From contig OY761144.1 of assembly GCA_963664365.1 (NCBI GenBank), positions 318,424 through 382,423 of the forward strand: a stretch of DNA of 64,000 bases, given 5' to 3'. The notes beneath the pieces are model-generated. The model searched no databases. It had not been told where the DNA came from and saw only the letters and a list, made by a program, of their open reading frames with translations. This document shows, one piece after another, positions 8,391 to 17,727 of the stretch (position 1 is its first letter; the number at the start of each line of letters is the position of its first letter). This stretch comes from Dehalococcoidia bacterium. Its GTDB lineage: Bacteria; Chloroflexota; Dehalococcoidia; Lucifugimonadales; UBA1123. Made by a program: the position numbers and the translations under genes.

Positions 8391-9581
8391 ATGATCATTA
8401 CTAGACTCAAGCTGACCAACTGGCGCAACTTCGCTCAGGCGGACATCACTCTGCGTGATCGCGCGTTTGTCATAGGCCCCAATGCGTCGGGCAAGTCTAA
8501 CCTCCTCGACGCCATCCGATTCCTGCGCGACGTGGCGAAGAGAGAGGGCGGCGGACTTCAGGCCGCCGTAGCTCGGCGCGGCGGCGTTCGTCAGGTGCGC
8601 TGTCTATCGGCGCGTGGCAAATCTTCCGTCGGAATTGAAGTGCATCTGAGCAAGGACGCCGACGCGCCCGCGGAGTGGGTGTATCGACTGGCGTTTAGTG
8701 TCGAGACGGCAGGCAATCGCCGGGTCTTGGTACAACAGGAAACGGTCGAGCGCAATGGCGAGATAGTCCTGGACCGTCCGGACGCTGACGATGTTGCTGA
8801 CTCGGATCGGCTTACTGAGACCGCCTTGGAGCAGATAATCGCCAACCGTCCGTTCCGAGACGTGGCAACCTTCTTCGATGCGGTTACTTATCTGCATCTG
8901 GTTCCCCAGCTAGTGCGGCACGGAGCCGAACTCGGCGGCAACAGACTTGAGAATGACCCGTTCGGGCAGGGTTTCCTGGAGAACATCGCGTCCACCAATG
9001 CGAAGACTCGCAAGAGCCGCTTGGACAAGATTCAAGGATCACTCGTCCACGTTGTGCCGCAGTTGAATGAGATTGCATTCGAGCGTGACGAAGTTACCGG
9101 GCAGCCCCACCTGAAAGCACGCTTCGACAACTGGCGTAGATACGATTCCTGGCTGAGAGAAGACCAACTCTCGGATGGTACGCTGCGCATGATTGGCCTG
9201 TTCTGGTCATTGCTCGACAATGACGGATTGCTGCTGCTCGAGGAGCCGGAAATCTCCCTGAACCGCGACATCGTCTTGCGTCTCCCGTCGCTGGTCTATC
9301 GCCTGAGTAGGCCGATCAGAAGGCGGCGTGGTGACCAGCGGCCCACGGAACAGCGCCAGGTCATTCTCACTACGCACAGCTCGGACCTGCTTTGCGATCG
9401 TGGGATAGATGGGCGGGAAGTTCTCTTCATCACGCCGGACACGGAAGGGGCGAGAATAAGCTCCATGGACGACGACCCCAAAATGCGCCAAGTGTTGCAG
9501 GCGGGTGTCATGCCCGGTGAGTTGGCCCCCTTCCGCGATCAGGAGCATCAACTCCCCATGGACCTCGGCCTTACGATCTAA
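8391..9581 (+). CDS. AAA_21/SMC-like ABC-type ATPase
   Basis: GPNASGKS, LSDGT signature, LLLLEEPE, TTHS. Confidence 0.88.
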   Translation: MIITRLKLTNWRNFAQADITLRDRAFVIGPNASGKSNLLDAIRFLRDVAKREGGGLQAAVARRGGVRQVRCLSARGKSSVGIEVHLSKDADAPAEWVYRLAFSVETAGNRRVLVQQETVERNGEIVLDRPDADDVADSDRLTETALEQIIANRPFRDVATFFDAVTYLHLVPQLVRHGAELGGNRLENDPFGQGFLENIASTNAKTRKSRLDKIQGSLVHVVPQLNEIAFERDEVTGQPHLKARFDNWRRYDSWLREDQLSDGTLRMIGLFWSLLDNDGLLLLEEPEISLNRDIVLRLPSLVYRLSRPIRRRRGDQRPTEQRQVILTTHSSDLLCDRGIDGREVLFITPDTEGARISSMDDDPKMRQVLQAGVMPGELAPFRDQEHQLPMDLGLTI

Positions 9582-9585
9582 CACA

Positions 9586-10194
9586 ATGTTTGTGACCATA
9601 GGAGCAGAGGATCCTGTGTCCGACTCAGTGGCCAGACGTCTAGTTGGCGAGTACGCGCCCGGCGCGCAGGTAGTGCGGACCATCGGGCTGCGCGGCAACG
9701 ACTATCTCAGGAGACGAATGAGAGACTTCAATCAAATTGCGGCCCACTACGGACCGGTCTTGGTCCTGACCGATCTCGACCGCCCACAAAGTTGTCCTCC
9801 CCAACTTGTGCGGGAATGGACCAGGGGAATGAGTCCGTCTCCCGACCTGCTGGTTAGGGTCGCCGTGTTGGAGATCGAGGCTTGGATAATGGCGGATAGG
9901 ATGGGCCTGGCTGAATGGCTAGGTGTCGCCCCTAACGTTGTTACTCGCCGGCCCGAGGAGATACTCGACCCAAAGAGGGAGCTTACAGCCCTCGCACGGC
10001 GCAGTCGTATTCGCAACCGTCGATCCGGAATGGTTCGCGAGCTAAGAGATGGCTCCTTCATACCCGGCCCGGACTACAACACACAGTTAGGGGGTTTCGC
10101 AAACGGCCGGTGGGACCCGGAGGCGGCTCGGCTTCTCTCGCCTAGCCTCGACAGAGCTATCAGAACTATCGAGGGTATTCTAAGGCAGCAGTGA
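9586..10194 (+). CDS. DUF4276-like (TOPRIM-like) partner of the ATPase
   Basis: N-terminal AED, TDLD, VLEIEAWIMAD, SPSL; ATG 4 nt after the ATPase stop. Confidence 0.7.
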   Translation: MFVTIGAEDPVSDSVARRLVGEYAPGAQVVRTIGLRGNDYLRRRMRDFNQIAAHYGPVLVLTDLDRPQSCPPQLVREWTRGMSPSPDLLVRVAVLEIEAWIMADRMGLAEWLGVAPNVVTRRPEEILDPKRELTALARRSRIRNRRSGMVRELRDGSFIPGPDYNTQLGGFANGRWDPEAARLLSPSLDRAIRTIEGILRQQ

Positions 10195-10433
10195 AAATCA
10201 CCGTGTACCTCTTCGCAACCTACCGTGAAATAGCCGGAACCGGACGGCTGACCCTCGATTTGGCCCCCGGCGACACGGTAGCATCCTTGGCGAGTTCCGT
10301 AACCGCCTTGGTTCCGGGACTCCCGCCCGCCGATCGACTTGTCGTAGCCGTCAACAACGAGTACCGTGACCACGACTTCATCCTCTCCGACGGAGACGAG
10401 GCCGCCCTGATTCCACCAGTCAGCGGCGGCTGA
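10191..10433 (+). CDS. moaD: Molybdopterin synthase sulfur carrier
   Basis: Ubiquitin-like, ends IPPVSGG; adjacent to moaE. Confidence 0.9.
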   Translation: MKITVYLFATYREIAGTGRLTLDLAPGDTVASLASSVTALVPGLPPADRLVVAVNNEYRDHDFILSDGDEAALIPPVSGG

Positions 10434-10452
10434 TATGGAGGTATGCCCGACC

Positions 10453-10890
10453 ATGATCGAAATTACCCATGACGAGCTAAACGCCGCAGAGGTCGAGGCG
10501 CGGGTCCGTCATCCCGGCGCGGGCGCGATCGTCGTCTTCGTCGGCGCCACGCGCGACAACACCGCCGGACGCAAGGTGCTGGCCCTCGAATACGAGGCCT
10601 ACCGCCCAATGGCCGACGAGCAGTTGGAGCGCGTAGCGTCGGAGATGCAAGAACGCTGGGACCTCACCGGCGTCGCTATCGCGCACAGGCTAGGCAGGTT
10701 GGACATCGGCGAGGCCAGCCTCGTCGTCGCCGTTTCGTCCGCGCACCGCAAGGAAGCCTTCGACGCCTGCCACTTCAGCGTGGACCGCATCAAGCAGATC
10801 GTCCCCATCTGGAAGAAAGAGTACTTCGAGGGCGGCGAAGTCTGGGTCGGAAGCCAAGCCGACTTCGACCCCATTGGCGTGCGCCCGTGA
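10453..10890 (+). CDS. moaE: Molybdopterin synthase catalytic subunit
   Basis: GAIVVFVG, LEYEAY, HRLG, PIWKKE. Confidence 0.95.
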   Translation: MIEITHDELNAAEVEARVRHPGAGAIVVFVGATRDNTAGRKVLALEYEAYRPMADEQLERVASEMQERWDLTGVAIAHRLGRLDIGEASLVVAVSSAHRKEAFDACHFSVDRIKQIVPIWKKEYFEGGEVWVGSQADFDPIGVRP

Positions 10891-10947
10891 TACAAACAAC
10901 TCAAATCTTCACAGAGTGCCCTGTTCCCATATCCACCAACCTTACCC

Positions 10948-11030
10948 CATCCTGAACATCCTCCACATCCCCTAAATCCTGCTTCTGACACCCCCACTAA
11001 AAACCATCCACTATCCACTATCCACTAAAA
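10948..11030 (+). repeat. Short tandem/low-complexity repeats (CATCCTGAA-like and ATCCACT x3)
   Basis: catcctgaacatcctccacatcccctaaatcctg; atccactatccactatccact. Confidence 0.6.
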
Positions 11031-11037
11031 CCCCCCC

Positions 11038-11074
11038 TTGACACCCTCAGACCACATGCGCTAAACTAACGTTC
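11038..11074 (+). promoter_or_regulatory. Leaderless sigma70-like promoter with a degenerate LexA-type box
   Basis: TTGACA-18 nt-TAAACT, 7 nt before ATG, no RBS; AAAC-TAAC-GTTC overlaps the -10. Confidence 0.5.
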
Positions 11075-12091
11075 ATGCAGTCGCAAACACAAACAGCCAC
11101 CATCAGCCCGGCCTTCGCCGGATACGCCGCCAAGTACATCCGCGACGTATCCGACGACCTCCAACGCGTCTTCGACAACCTGCTCGAAATCGCCGATGGA
11201 GACGTCCCCGACGCCACAGGCTACGACCGCCTAAGGGCGACACGCATCCTCTATGACCGAGGATTCGGCAAAGTCAACAAGAGCGTCCCCCAATCTCCGG
11301 CCCCGGTGCCGGAGCCACAGCCCGAGCCGGAGCCGGCACAATCAGAGAAATCCAATAATCACAGTTCAGACGAACCCGACCAAAGCCGGACAGAGGCGTT
11401 GGACCTGAAGAATGCGCCGCCCGGCGGTACCACCCAACTCATCTCCGGGATACAGCAAAAGCTCGATGACATCCTCGGAACGGCCCAGTCCCCGGAGCGG
11501 TCAAAGCCGAGCGCCCCCGCCGAAGTCCTGGAGGGATTCGTCCCCGACTTCGTCCGCGACTCCCAGCGCTACGTGCTCCAAATCACCGACTACGGCGCGA
11601 AGCTCGCCGACATACTCATGTCCATCCACGAGCCCGACCCCGACGACACCTCTATCAGGCAGTGCCACCGTGTCACCGCGGGCCAGATGATGATCGACCG
11701 CGTCCTCGGCCCCGCCGTCAGCCTCCAACAAGACCTCGACCGCGACTACGACCCCGCCGAAGATCCGCAATGGGTATTTAGGCGCCCCGACGAAATCGAC
11801 CCCAACCTGACGCCCGAGGAGTTGAAAGAGGCCGACCGCCGGACCCGCGACTTATTCGAGGGCATGAAACAAAAGGACGACAGCCCCTGCCCCGACTGCG
11901 AAGACGACTACCTCTGCGAGTACCACCACCCCGAAGGGGAGTTGCGCGAGTACGCCAACATGACCGACGAACAGGTCGATATTATCGCCCGTGGCATCAG
12001 CAACCTGGTTGCCAACCAAGACCGACTCTACTTCGACCCCGCCGACGGCGGACTAAAACTCCGACCCAAAGACCACGTCGACGACTCCTAA
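11075..12091 (+). CDS. Hypothetical protein with duplicated helical motif and Cys/His cluster
   Basis: DRLRATRILYDRGFG and HRVTAGQMMIDRVLG; CPDC...CEYH. Confidence 0.7.
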   Translation: MQSQTQTATISPAFAGYAAKYIRDVSDDLQRVFDNLLEIADGDVPDATGYDRLRATRILYDRGFGKVNKSVPQSPAPVPEPQPEPEPAQSEKSNNHSSDEPDQSRTEALDLKNAPPGGTTQLISGIQQKLDDILGTAQSPERSKPSAPAEVLEGFVPDFVRDSQRYVLQITDYGAKLADILMSIHEPDPDDTSIRQCHRVTAGQMMIDRVLGPAVSLQQDLDRDYDPAEDPQWVFRRPDEIDPNLTPEELKEADRRTRDLFEGMKQKDDSPCPDCEDDYLCEYHHPEGELREYANMTDEQVDIIARGISNLVANQDRLYFDPADGGLKLRPKDHVDDS

Positions 12092-12114
12092 GCCCTGAAG
12101 ATCCACCAACATAT

Positions 12115-12150
12115 CCCCTCTCCCTCAGGGAGAGGGCTAGGGTGAGGGTG
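12115..12150. repeat. REP-like palindrome family A
   Basis: CCCCTCTCCCTCAGGGAGAGGGCTAGGGTGAGGGTG. Confidence 0.85.
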
Positions 12151-12522
12151 AAAAGGTCCAATTACTACCCTGTCTGCCCTTGATGGGACAGGGCCAGAAC
12201 CTGCCATGCGCCACAAACCCCGGCTTACGGGAATTTGTGAAAAATTTATCGAATCGTTCCGTCTTCACCATCCGGGGCTATATCACCTGTTGTGAGAGCG
12301 TCATCCAACCGAGTATTCGGTAGCTTATTCGTAATGGCGGGTTGCGATAGTAACGAATTTCACAATCTCTTTCCTTGATCGTAAGTGTATTCTCTGATAT
12401 AGTTTTCTCCAACCTGCGCGGTACGCATACTACTGAGAACCCGGCGCCTGCCAAACTCTCCCGGCTTCGGCGGGCGCGTTGGCACAGGAAGCAATCCCGC
12501 AAGAATGAGAGAACTGGCCTGA

Positions 12523-13836
12523 ATGCAGAGCTACTTCGTCTGGACGATAGGCTGTCAGATGAACAAGGCCGACTCCGAGCGCCTCGAAAGCGCACTGGGT
12601 CAGATGGGCCTCGCCCCAGGCGACTCCGCCCGCGATGCCGATGTCATTGTCCTGAATAGCTGCGTCGTCAGAGAGAGCGCCGAAGACCGCGTCGTCGGTA
12701 TGCTCACCCACCTAAAGCCCGTCATGGAGCGCGACCCCGACAAGGTGCTCGGACTCATGGGCTGCATGGTCGGGCCGCGCAAAGACGCCCTCGCCGACAG
12801 GTTCCCCTACGTGGACGTGTTCATGCAGCCTCAGCAGTACGAGCCGCTGATCGATCTGCTGGGTGACAGGCTCGGCATCGACCCCGAAGGCTGCGTTGGC
12901 CCCCTGTCGGCGACGCCCAACGTGACCACCTACATTCCCATCATCCACGGCTGCGACAAGTTCTGCTCCTTCTGCATCATCCCATACAGGCGGGGCAGAG
13001 AGGTCAGCCGCACAGTCGAAGACGTTGTGAACGAGGCTGAACATCTCGCCCGGCGCGGGGTGAAAGAGGTCACGCTTCTTGGGCAGAACGTCGATTCCTA
13101 CGGACACGACCTCCCAGGCCGCATAGACCTCGGCGACCTTCTGGCCGCCGTCAACGCGGTCGAAGGACTGGACCGCATACGCTTTCTAACGTCGCACCCA
13201 AACGACATGAGCGACCACATCATCGACGCCGTCGCAGACCTCGACAAGGTCTGCGAGCACGTCAACCTGCCCTTTCAGGCCGGAGACGACCGGATTCTCG
13301 CCGACATGCGCCGCGGATACACCAACGGGGAGTACAGAGAGAAGATAGACAGGATACGTGACAGGATTCCCAACGTGTCCCTGGCGACCGACCTGATCGT
13401 CGGGTTCTGCGGCGAGACCGAGACGCAGTTTGAGAAGACGGCTGAGTTAGTGCGCGACATCAAGTTCGACAAGGTCCACGCCGCCGCCTACTCCACCAGG
13501 CCCGGCACCATCGCCGCCAGGCTCATGGACGATGACGTTCCCTCTGAGGAAAAGCAGCGGCGACTAAAGGTGATCGAGGAGATTCAGGAGCGGGTATCGA
13601 CCGAGATCAACTCGAAACTCATGGACACCCGGCAGGAGGTGCTGGTCGAAGGCGTCCGCAGGGGCAGGTGGTTTGGACGCAACCGCAACGACAAGCTGGT
13701 CTTCTTCGATTCGCCCGATGACCTGGCCGGAAAGCTGATAGATGTCAAGATCGACCGCGCCGGCCCATGGTCCCTCCAAGGCGAGCCAATGGAGAAGGCC
13801 GCGGTGAGACAATTGCAAAAGCCCCCTCTCCCTTGA
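12523..13836 (+). CDS. miaB: tRNA-2-methylthio-N6-isopentenyladenosine synthase
   Basis: GCQMN..DSE, NSCVVRE, CDKFCSFC radical-SAM motif, C-terminal TRAM domain. Confidence 0.95.
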   Translation: MQSYFVWTIGCQMNKADSERLESALGQMGLAPGDSARDADVIVLNSCVVRESAEDRVVGMLTHLKPVMERDPDKVLGLMGCMVGPRKDALADRFPYVDVFMQPQQYEPLIDLLGDRLGIDPEGCVGPLSATPNVTTYIPIIHGCDKFCSFCIIPYRRGREVSRTVEDVVNEAEHLARRGVKEVTLLGQNVDSYGHDLPGRIDLGDLLAAVNAVEGLDRIRFLTSHPNDMSDHIIDAVADLDKVCEHVNLPFQAGDDRILADMRRGYTNGEYREKIDRIRDRIPNVSLATDLIVGFCGETETQFEKTAELVRDIKFDKVHAAAYSTRPGTIAARLMDDDVPSEEKQRRLKVIEEIQERVSTEINSKLMDTRQEVLVEGVRRGRWFGRNRNDKLVFFDSPDDLAGKLIDVKIDRAGPWSLQGEPMEKAAVRQLQKPPLP

Positions 13837-13948
13837 GGGAGAGAGTTGGGCGAGACAGTTCAAAAGCCCCTCTCCCTTGAGGGAGAGGGTTGGGCGAGAC
13901 AGTTCAAAAGCCCCCTCTCCCTTGAGGGAGAGGGTTGGGGTGAGGGTG
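13816..13948. repeat. Three tandem family-A REP units (about 44-45 bp period)
   Basis: CAAAAGCCCCTCTCCCTTGAGGGAGAG repeated at 13816, 13861, 13905. Confidence 0.9.
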
Positions 13949-13996
13949 ATTAACTACGATCCCCTAGCCCAATTCCGACTAGAGGTTGGAGCAACC

Positions 13997-15208
13997 ATGG
14001 TAATTGCCGAAAAGAAGACCCCCACAATCCCTATCACCGAAATAGAGCAGTCGGCCTTCTGCACAGACGATGACGAGATCATATCCCGAACGCTGGCCGA
14101 CGAGTTCGCCGTAGGCGTGCGCTGGCAAAAGCTGCCCGTCGAATACATGCGAATGACCCCGGAAGACCTCGACTCCAGGATATTCGAGGCGCGCGCCAAA
14201 CTCGCCGACAGCCTCGTCGTTCTCGGACATCACTACCAGCGCGACGAGGTGATACGCTTCGCCGACTTCCAGGGCGACTCCTTCAAGCTGTCCCAGTTCG
14301 CCGCCTCCCAGGAAGACTCCGAGTTCATCATCTTCTGCGGCGTCCACTTCATGGCCGAGACCGCCGACATTCTCAGCGGCCCGCGCCAGAAGGTCATACT
14401 CCCCAACCTGACCGCCGGATGCTCCATGGCCGACATGGCCCAGATAGACGACGTGCTAGACTGCTGGGACGACCTTACCGACGTCCTTGGAGACCGCGGC
14501 GGCGTAGTTCCGATCACCTACATGAACTCCACCGCCGACATCAAGGCCCTCTGCGGACGCAACGACGGCATCGTATGCACCTCCTCAAACGCCCCCTCCA
14601 CCTTCGAGTGGGCATTCGAGCGCGGCAGCCGCGTTCTCTTCCTCCCCGACCAGCACCTCGGACGCAACACCGGCCTAAAGATGGGGATCGGCCTCGATGA
14701 CATGGTCCTTTGGAACCCGTTCAAAGAACTCGGCGGCAACACCGAGCGGCAGCTTGCCGACGCCAAGATCATCCTCTGGCAGGGACATTGCTCAGTCCAC
14801 ACCCGATTCACCGTCGAGCAGATAGCGCAGGCCCGCGATAAGCATCCCGACGTAAACGTCATCGTCCATCCCGAATGTACCATGGACGTCGTGGACTCCG
14901 CCGACTACAACGGCTCAACCGAGTACATCCGCGAGATGATCGAAGACGCTCCGCCCGGCTCCAAGTGGGCTGTCGGAACCGAGATCAGCCTCGTCAACAG
15001 GCTGGCAGCCCAGAACCCCGACAAGCTCGTATTCTGCCTCGACTCCGTCATCTGCCCCTGCTCCACCATGTACAGAATCCACCCCGCGTACCTCTCATGG
15101 GTGCTGGACGGCCTAAACGAGGGCGTCGTGGTCAACCGCATAGAGGTCGAAGAAGACACCGCCCAAGAGGCCAAAGTCGCCCTCGACCGCATGTTGGCAG
15201 TAGTTTGA
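13997..15208 (+). CDS. nadA: Quinolinate synthase
   Basis: LGHHYQ, FCGVHFMAE, AGCSMAD, TYMNS, HPEC, CSTM. Confidence 0.95.
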   Translation: MVIAEKKTPTIPITEIEQSAFCTDDDEIISRTLADEFAVGVRWQKLPVEYMRMTPEDLDSRIFEARAKLADSLVVLGHHYQRDEVIRFADFQGDSFKLSQFAASQEDSEFIIFCGVHFMAETADILSGPRQKVILPNLTAGCSMADMAQIDDVLDCWDDLTDVLGDRGGVVPITYMNSTADIKALCGRNDGIVCTSSNAPSTFEWAFERGSRVLFLPDQHLGRNTGLKMGIGLDDMVLWNPFKELGGNTERQLADAKIILWQGHCSVHTRFTVEQIAQARDKHPDVNVIVHPECTMDVVDSADYNGSTEYIREMIEDAPPGSKWAVGTEISLVNRLAAQNPDKLVFCLDSVICPCSTMYRIHPAYLSWVLDGLNEGVVVNRIEVEEDTAQEAKVALDRMLAVV

Positions 15209-15210
15209 CG

Positions 15211-15302
15211 ACCAAAATCCACCACCGATGCCCGTAGGGGCGCTTCGTGAAGCGCCCGCGCCCGCCAACGCCGCAATGCCATCGTTAGGCGGTGGATCTG
15301 GT
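15211..15302. mobile_element. MITE-like element with imperfect TIRs enclosing a GTAG REP hairpin
   Basis: ACCAAAATCCACCACC ... GGCGGTGGATCTGGT; same architecture at 60729-60807. Confidence 0.55.
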
Positions 15303-15308
15303 CATACT

Positions 15309-15334
15309 CGTAGAGGCGGGTTTCAAACCCGCCC
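15309..15334. repeat. GTAG-type REP hairpin (family B)
   Basis: CGTAGAGGCGGGTTTCAAACCCGCCC. Confidence 0.75.
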
Positions 15335-15416
15335 AAAATCAGCCAAATCACCGCAATCACAAAAACCACAGTTCAGACACCCCCACATTGACCTCCACAT
15401 ACGAACCAAAAACGCC

Positions 15417-16271
15417 TTGCTAATCACCCCCGACATCCTAAGCGCCATAGACTCGGCCCTCGCCGAAGACCTCGGCATGGGCGACCCCACAACCGACATC
15501 CTCATCCCCCCCGACCTGTCCGGTAGGGCCGACGTGACCGCCCGCGAGCCCGGAATCCTGGCCGGAATTGAGGTTGCCGCCGCCGTTTTCAAACGACTCG
15601 ATCCAAACCTGACCGTCGAAACCGTCACTCAGGACGGCTCCAAACTCGCCCCCGGCGACCGGCTCGCCACCGTAGCCGGCAGCATGGTCTCGATTCTCAA
15701 GGCCGAGCGCACCGCCCTGAACTTCGTCCAGCGCCTGAGCGGAATCGCCACCGAGACGAACCGCTACGTCAACGCTATCGAAGGCGCTCGCGCCCGGATA
15801 GTCGACACCCGCAAGACCACCCCCGGACTCCGAAAACTGGAGAAATACGCCGTAACCATGGGCGGCGGTCAGAACCACCGCCACAACCTCGCCGACGGAA
15901 TCCTGATCAAGGACAACCACATAGAGGCGATGGAACTGCAAGGCTTGGGCATCGGAGACACGGTTCGCCGGGCACTCGACGCCGCGCCCCACACCATCAA
16001 GGTCGAAATCGAAGTCGAGACCATCGAACAGCTTGAAGAGGTACTCGAAGCCGGCGCAGACCTCGTCCTTCTCGACAACATGGGAATCGAGCAGATGGCT
16101 TCCGCCGTCAAGATCGCGGCCGGCCGCGCCGTGCTGGAGGCCTCCGGCGGCATTACCCTCGACACCGTCCGCGCGATCGCCGAGACCGGAGTTGACATCA
16201 TCTCCGTCGGCGCGCTCACACACTCCGCCCGCGCCCTGAACGTCGGCCTCGATATGGCTATTGACCGATGA
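15417..16271 (+). CDS. nadC: Nicotinate-nucleotide pyrophosphorylase (quinolinate PRTase)
   Basis: ERTALN, DTRKTTPGLR, LIKDNH, LLDNM, EASGG; start chosen after the repeat-derived extension. Confidence 0.95.
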   Translation: MLITPDILSAIDSALAEDLGMGDPTTDILIPPDLSGRADVTAREPGILAGIEVAAAVFKRLDPNLTVETVTQDGSKLAPGDRLATVAGSMVSILKAERTALNFVQRLSGIATETNRYVNAIEGARARIVDTRKTTPGLRKLEKYAVTMGGGQNHRHNLADGILIKDNHIEAMELQGLGIGDTVRRALDAAPHTIKVEIEVETIEQLEEVLEAGADLVLLDNMGIEQMASAVKIAAGRAVLEASGGITLDTVRAIAETGVDIISVGALTHSARALNVGLDMAIDR

Positions 16272-17587
16272 TCGGCTCGTTCAGACTCTACGCCGGCGTC
16301 GCCGTGCTGGCATCCGTGGTCATCGTTCTGACCATCGTCGGAGGCCGGGGAGGATCGACCGGCGATGGATTCGAGTGGCCGCCCGACTACGACGTCAACC
16401 GGATTGCCGTCGTCAGTCCCGACGCCCGTATTCGCACCTACTCCCCCGACGGCACGGAAGAGTTCCTGCTCACCCCCGACGAAGGCGTCTTCACATGGCC
16501 CACCTGGTCCCCGAACGGACGCAGCATCGCCTATTCGAGGGTTGTAAGAGACGCCCAGCGTCAACAGATGATCGCGCTGGACTCATACGACCGTGTTTCC
16601 GAGGAGTACAGCGTCATCCACCAAGGCGAGCCCGGATTCGCCGGCCTGCTCGCCGAAGGAGTCGTCCACTACCCCCTCTGGTCGCCCGACAGCAATAAGC
16701 TGGCTTTCGTTCTCGTTACCCAAAATCACGGCCTGTCGCTCTACCTCAGCGACACGACGACCGACGATGAGCCCCGATTCCTGCTCGATAGAGGGCCGTT
16801 GTGGATGTCATGGTCATCCGACTCCGGCCATCTCGCCGTGCATCGTGGCGGCCAGCATTTCCTCGTCCCGATGGACGACGACCCGAAAGCGCAGAGCCTC
16901 TGGCTCGAACCCTCCGACGGATACCGCGTCCCCGCCTGGCGTCCCGGCCGCGACGAGATCGCCGCGTCCAGCCCGGTAGGCGGTCTGGCTCACGGCGTTT
17001 ACACCGTTCCGGTTTTGTTGACCGACAACAAGGTCTCCATAAAGGCGACGGTGGTGGACGGTCGGGACGCTGCGTTCCTTTGGTCCGCCGATGGCTCCTA
17101 CCTCGCCGTCACGGACGACGCTCAACCCGCCCTCTACGGCAGAAGTCCCGTGCTTGTGTACCGCAAACTCAGGATCCTTGACGGCGACTCTTTCGAGGAG
17201 GTCGCGCGAGTCAATCGGCACGTCCTGGCCTACTTCTGGTCTCCCGACGGCTCCAGAATAGCGGTCGCGGCGATCAGGGGACGAGGGCAGGGACTCGGAT
17301 GGACGATCCTTGACCTGGAGACCGGCGCCGCCGAGGACATGGTGGACTTCATTCCGTCCCCCGACCAGATGACGATGTTCCAGTTCTTCGACCAGTACGC
17401 CTACTCGCACCGGCTCTGGTCCCCCGACGGACGCTACATCGTCTTCGCCGGCATACTCCGCGAACGCGCCGTCGATGCCGGACTCAGTTCCCAGACCTCC
17501 AGCCGCGTTTACATACTAGACACCGGCCCAATGCGTACCATCGAAGTCCTAGCCCCCGGAGTCCTAGCATTCTGGTCACCCGTCTAA
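16268..17587 (+). CDS. TolB-like (PD40) beta-propeller secreted protein
   Basis: N-terminal hydrophobic segment; repeated WSPDG motifs. Confidence 0.8.
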   Translation: MIGSFRLYAGVAVLASVVIVLTIVGGRGGSTGDGFEWPPDYDVNRIAVVSPDARIRTYSPDGTEEFLLTPDEGVFTWPTWSPNGRSIAYSRVVRDAQRQQMIALDSYDRVSEEYSVIHQGEPGFAGLLAEGVVHYPLWSPDSNKLAFVLVTQNHGLSLYLSDTTTDDEPRFLLDRGPLWMSWSSDSGHLAVHRGGQHFLVPMDDDPKAQSLWLEPSDGYRVPAWRPGRDEIAASSPVGGLAHGVYTVPVLLTDNKVSIKATVVDGRDAAFLWSADGSYLAVTDDAQPALYGRSPVLVYRKLRILDGDSFEEVARVNRHVLAYFWSPDGSRIAVAAIRGRGQGLGWTILDLETGAAEDMVDFIPSPDQMTMFQFFDQYAYSHRLWSPDGRYIVFAGILRERAVDAGLSSQTSSRVYILDTGPMRTIEVLAPGVLAFWSPV

Positions 17588-17663
17588 AGACCATTCCACA
17601 ACCGCCATTCCAAGCGCACCCACCTGTCACTACCATGAAAATAGCAACCATGCCCACCCAACC

Positions 17664-17690
17664 GTCATTCCGGCGAAGGCCGGAATCCAG
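17664..17690. repeat. REP-like palindrome family C
   Basis: GTCATTCCGGCGAAGGCCGGAATCCAG between convergent genes, followed by a partial family-A tail. Confidence 0.7.
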
Positions 17691-17727
17691 AGGGGAAGGG
17701 TGCGGGGCGAGGGTGAAAACCCGCCCA

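Noticed and set aside
13816..13948. Possible mini-CRISPR array
   Set aside because: The intervening sequences are identical rather than unique spacers, the unit is the dispersed REP family A, and no cas genes are present
15228..15416. N-terminal extensions of nadC (and likewise nadA 13877-13996 and the CoA-transferase 5336-5377)
   Set aside because: They are translations of REP/MITE sequence; downstream starts match the family N-termini
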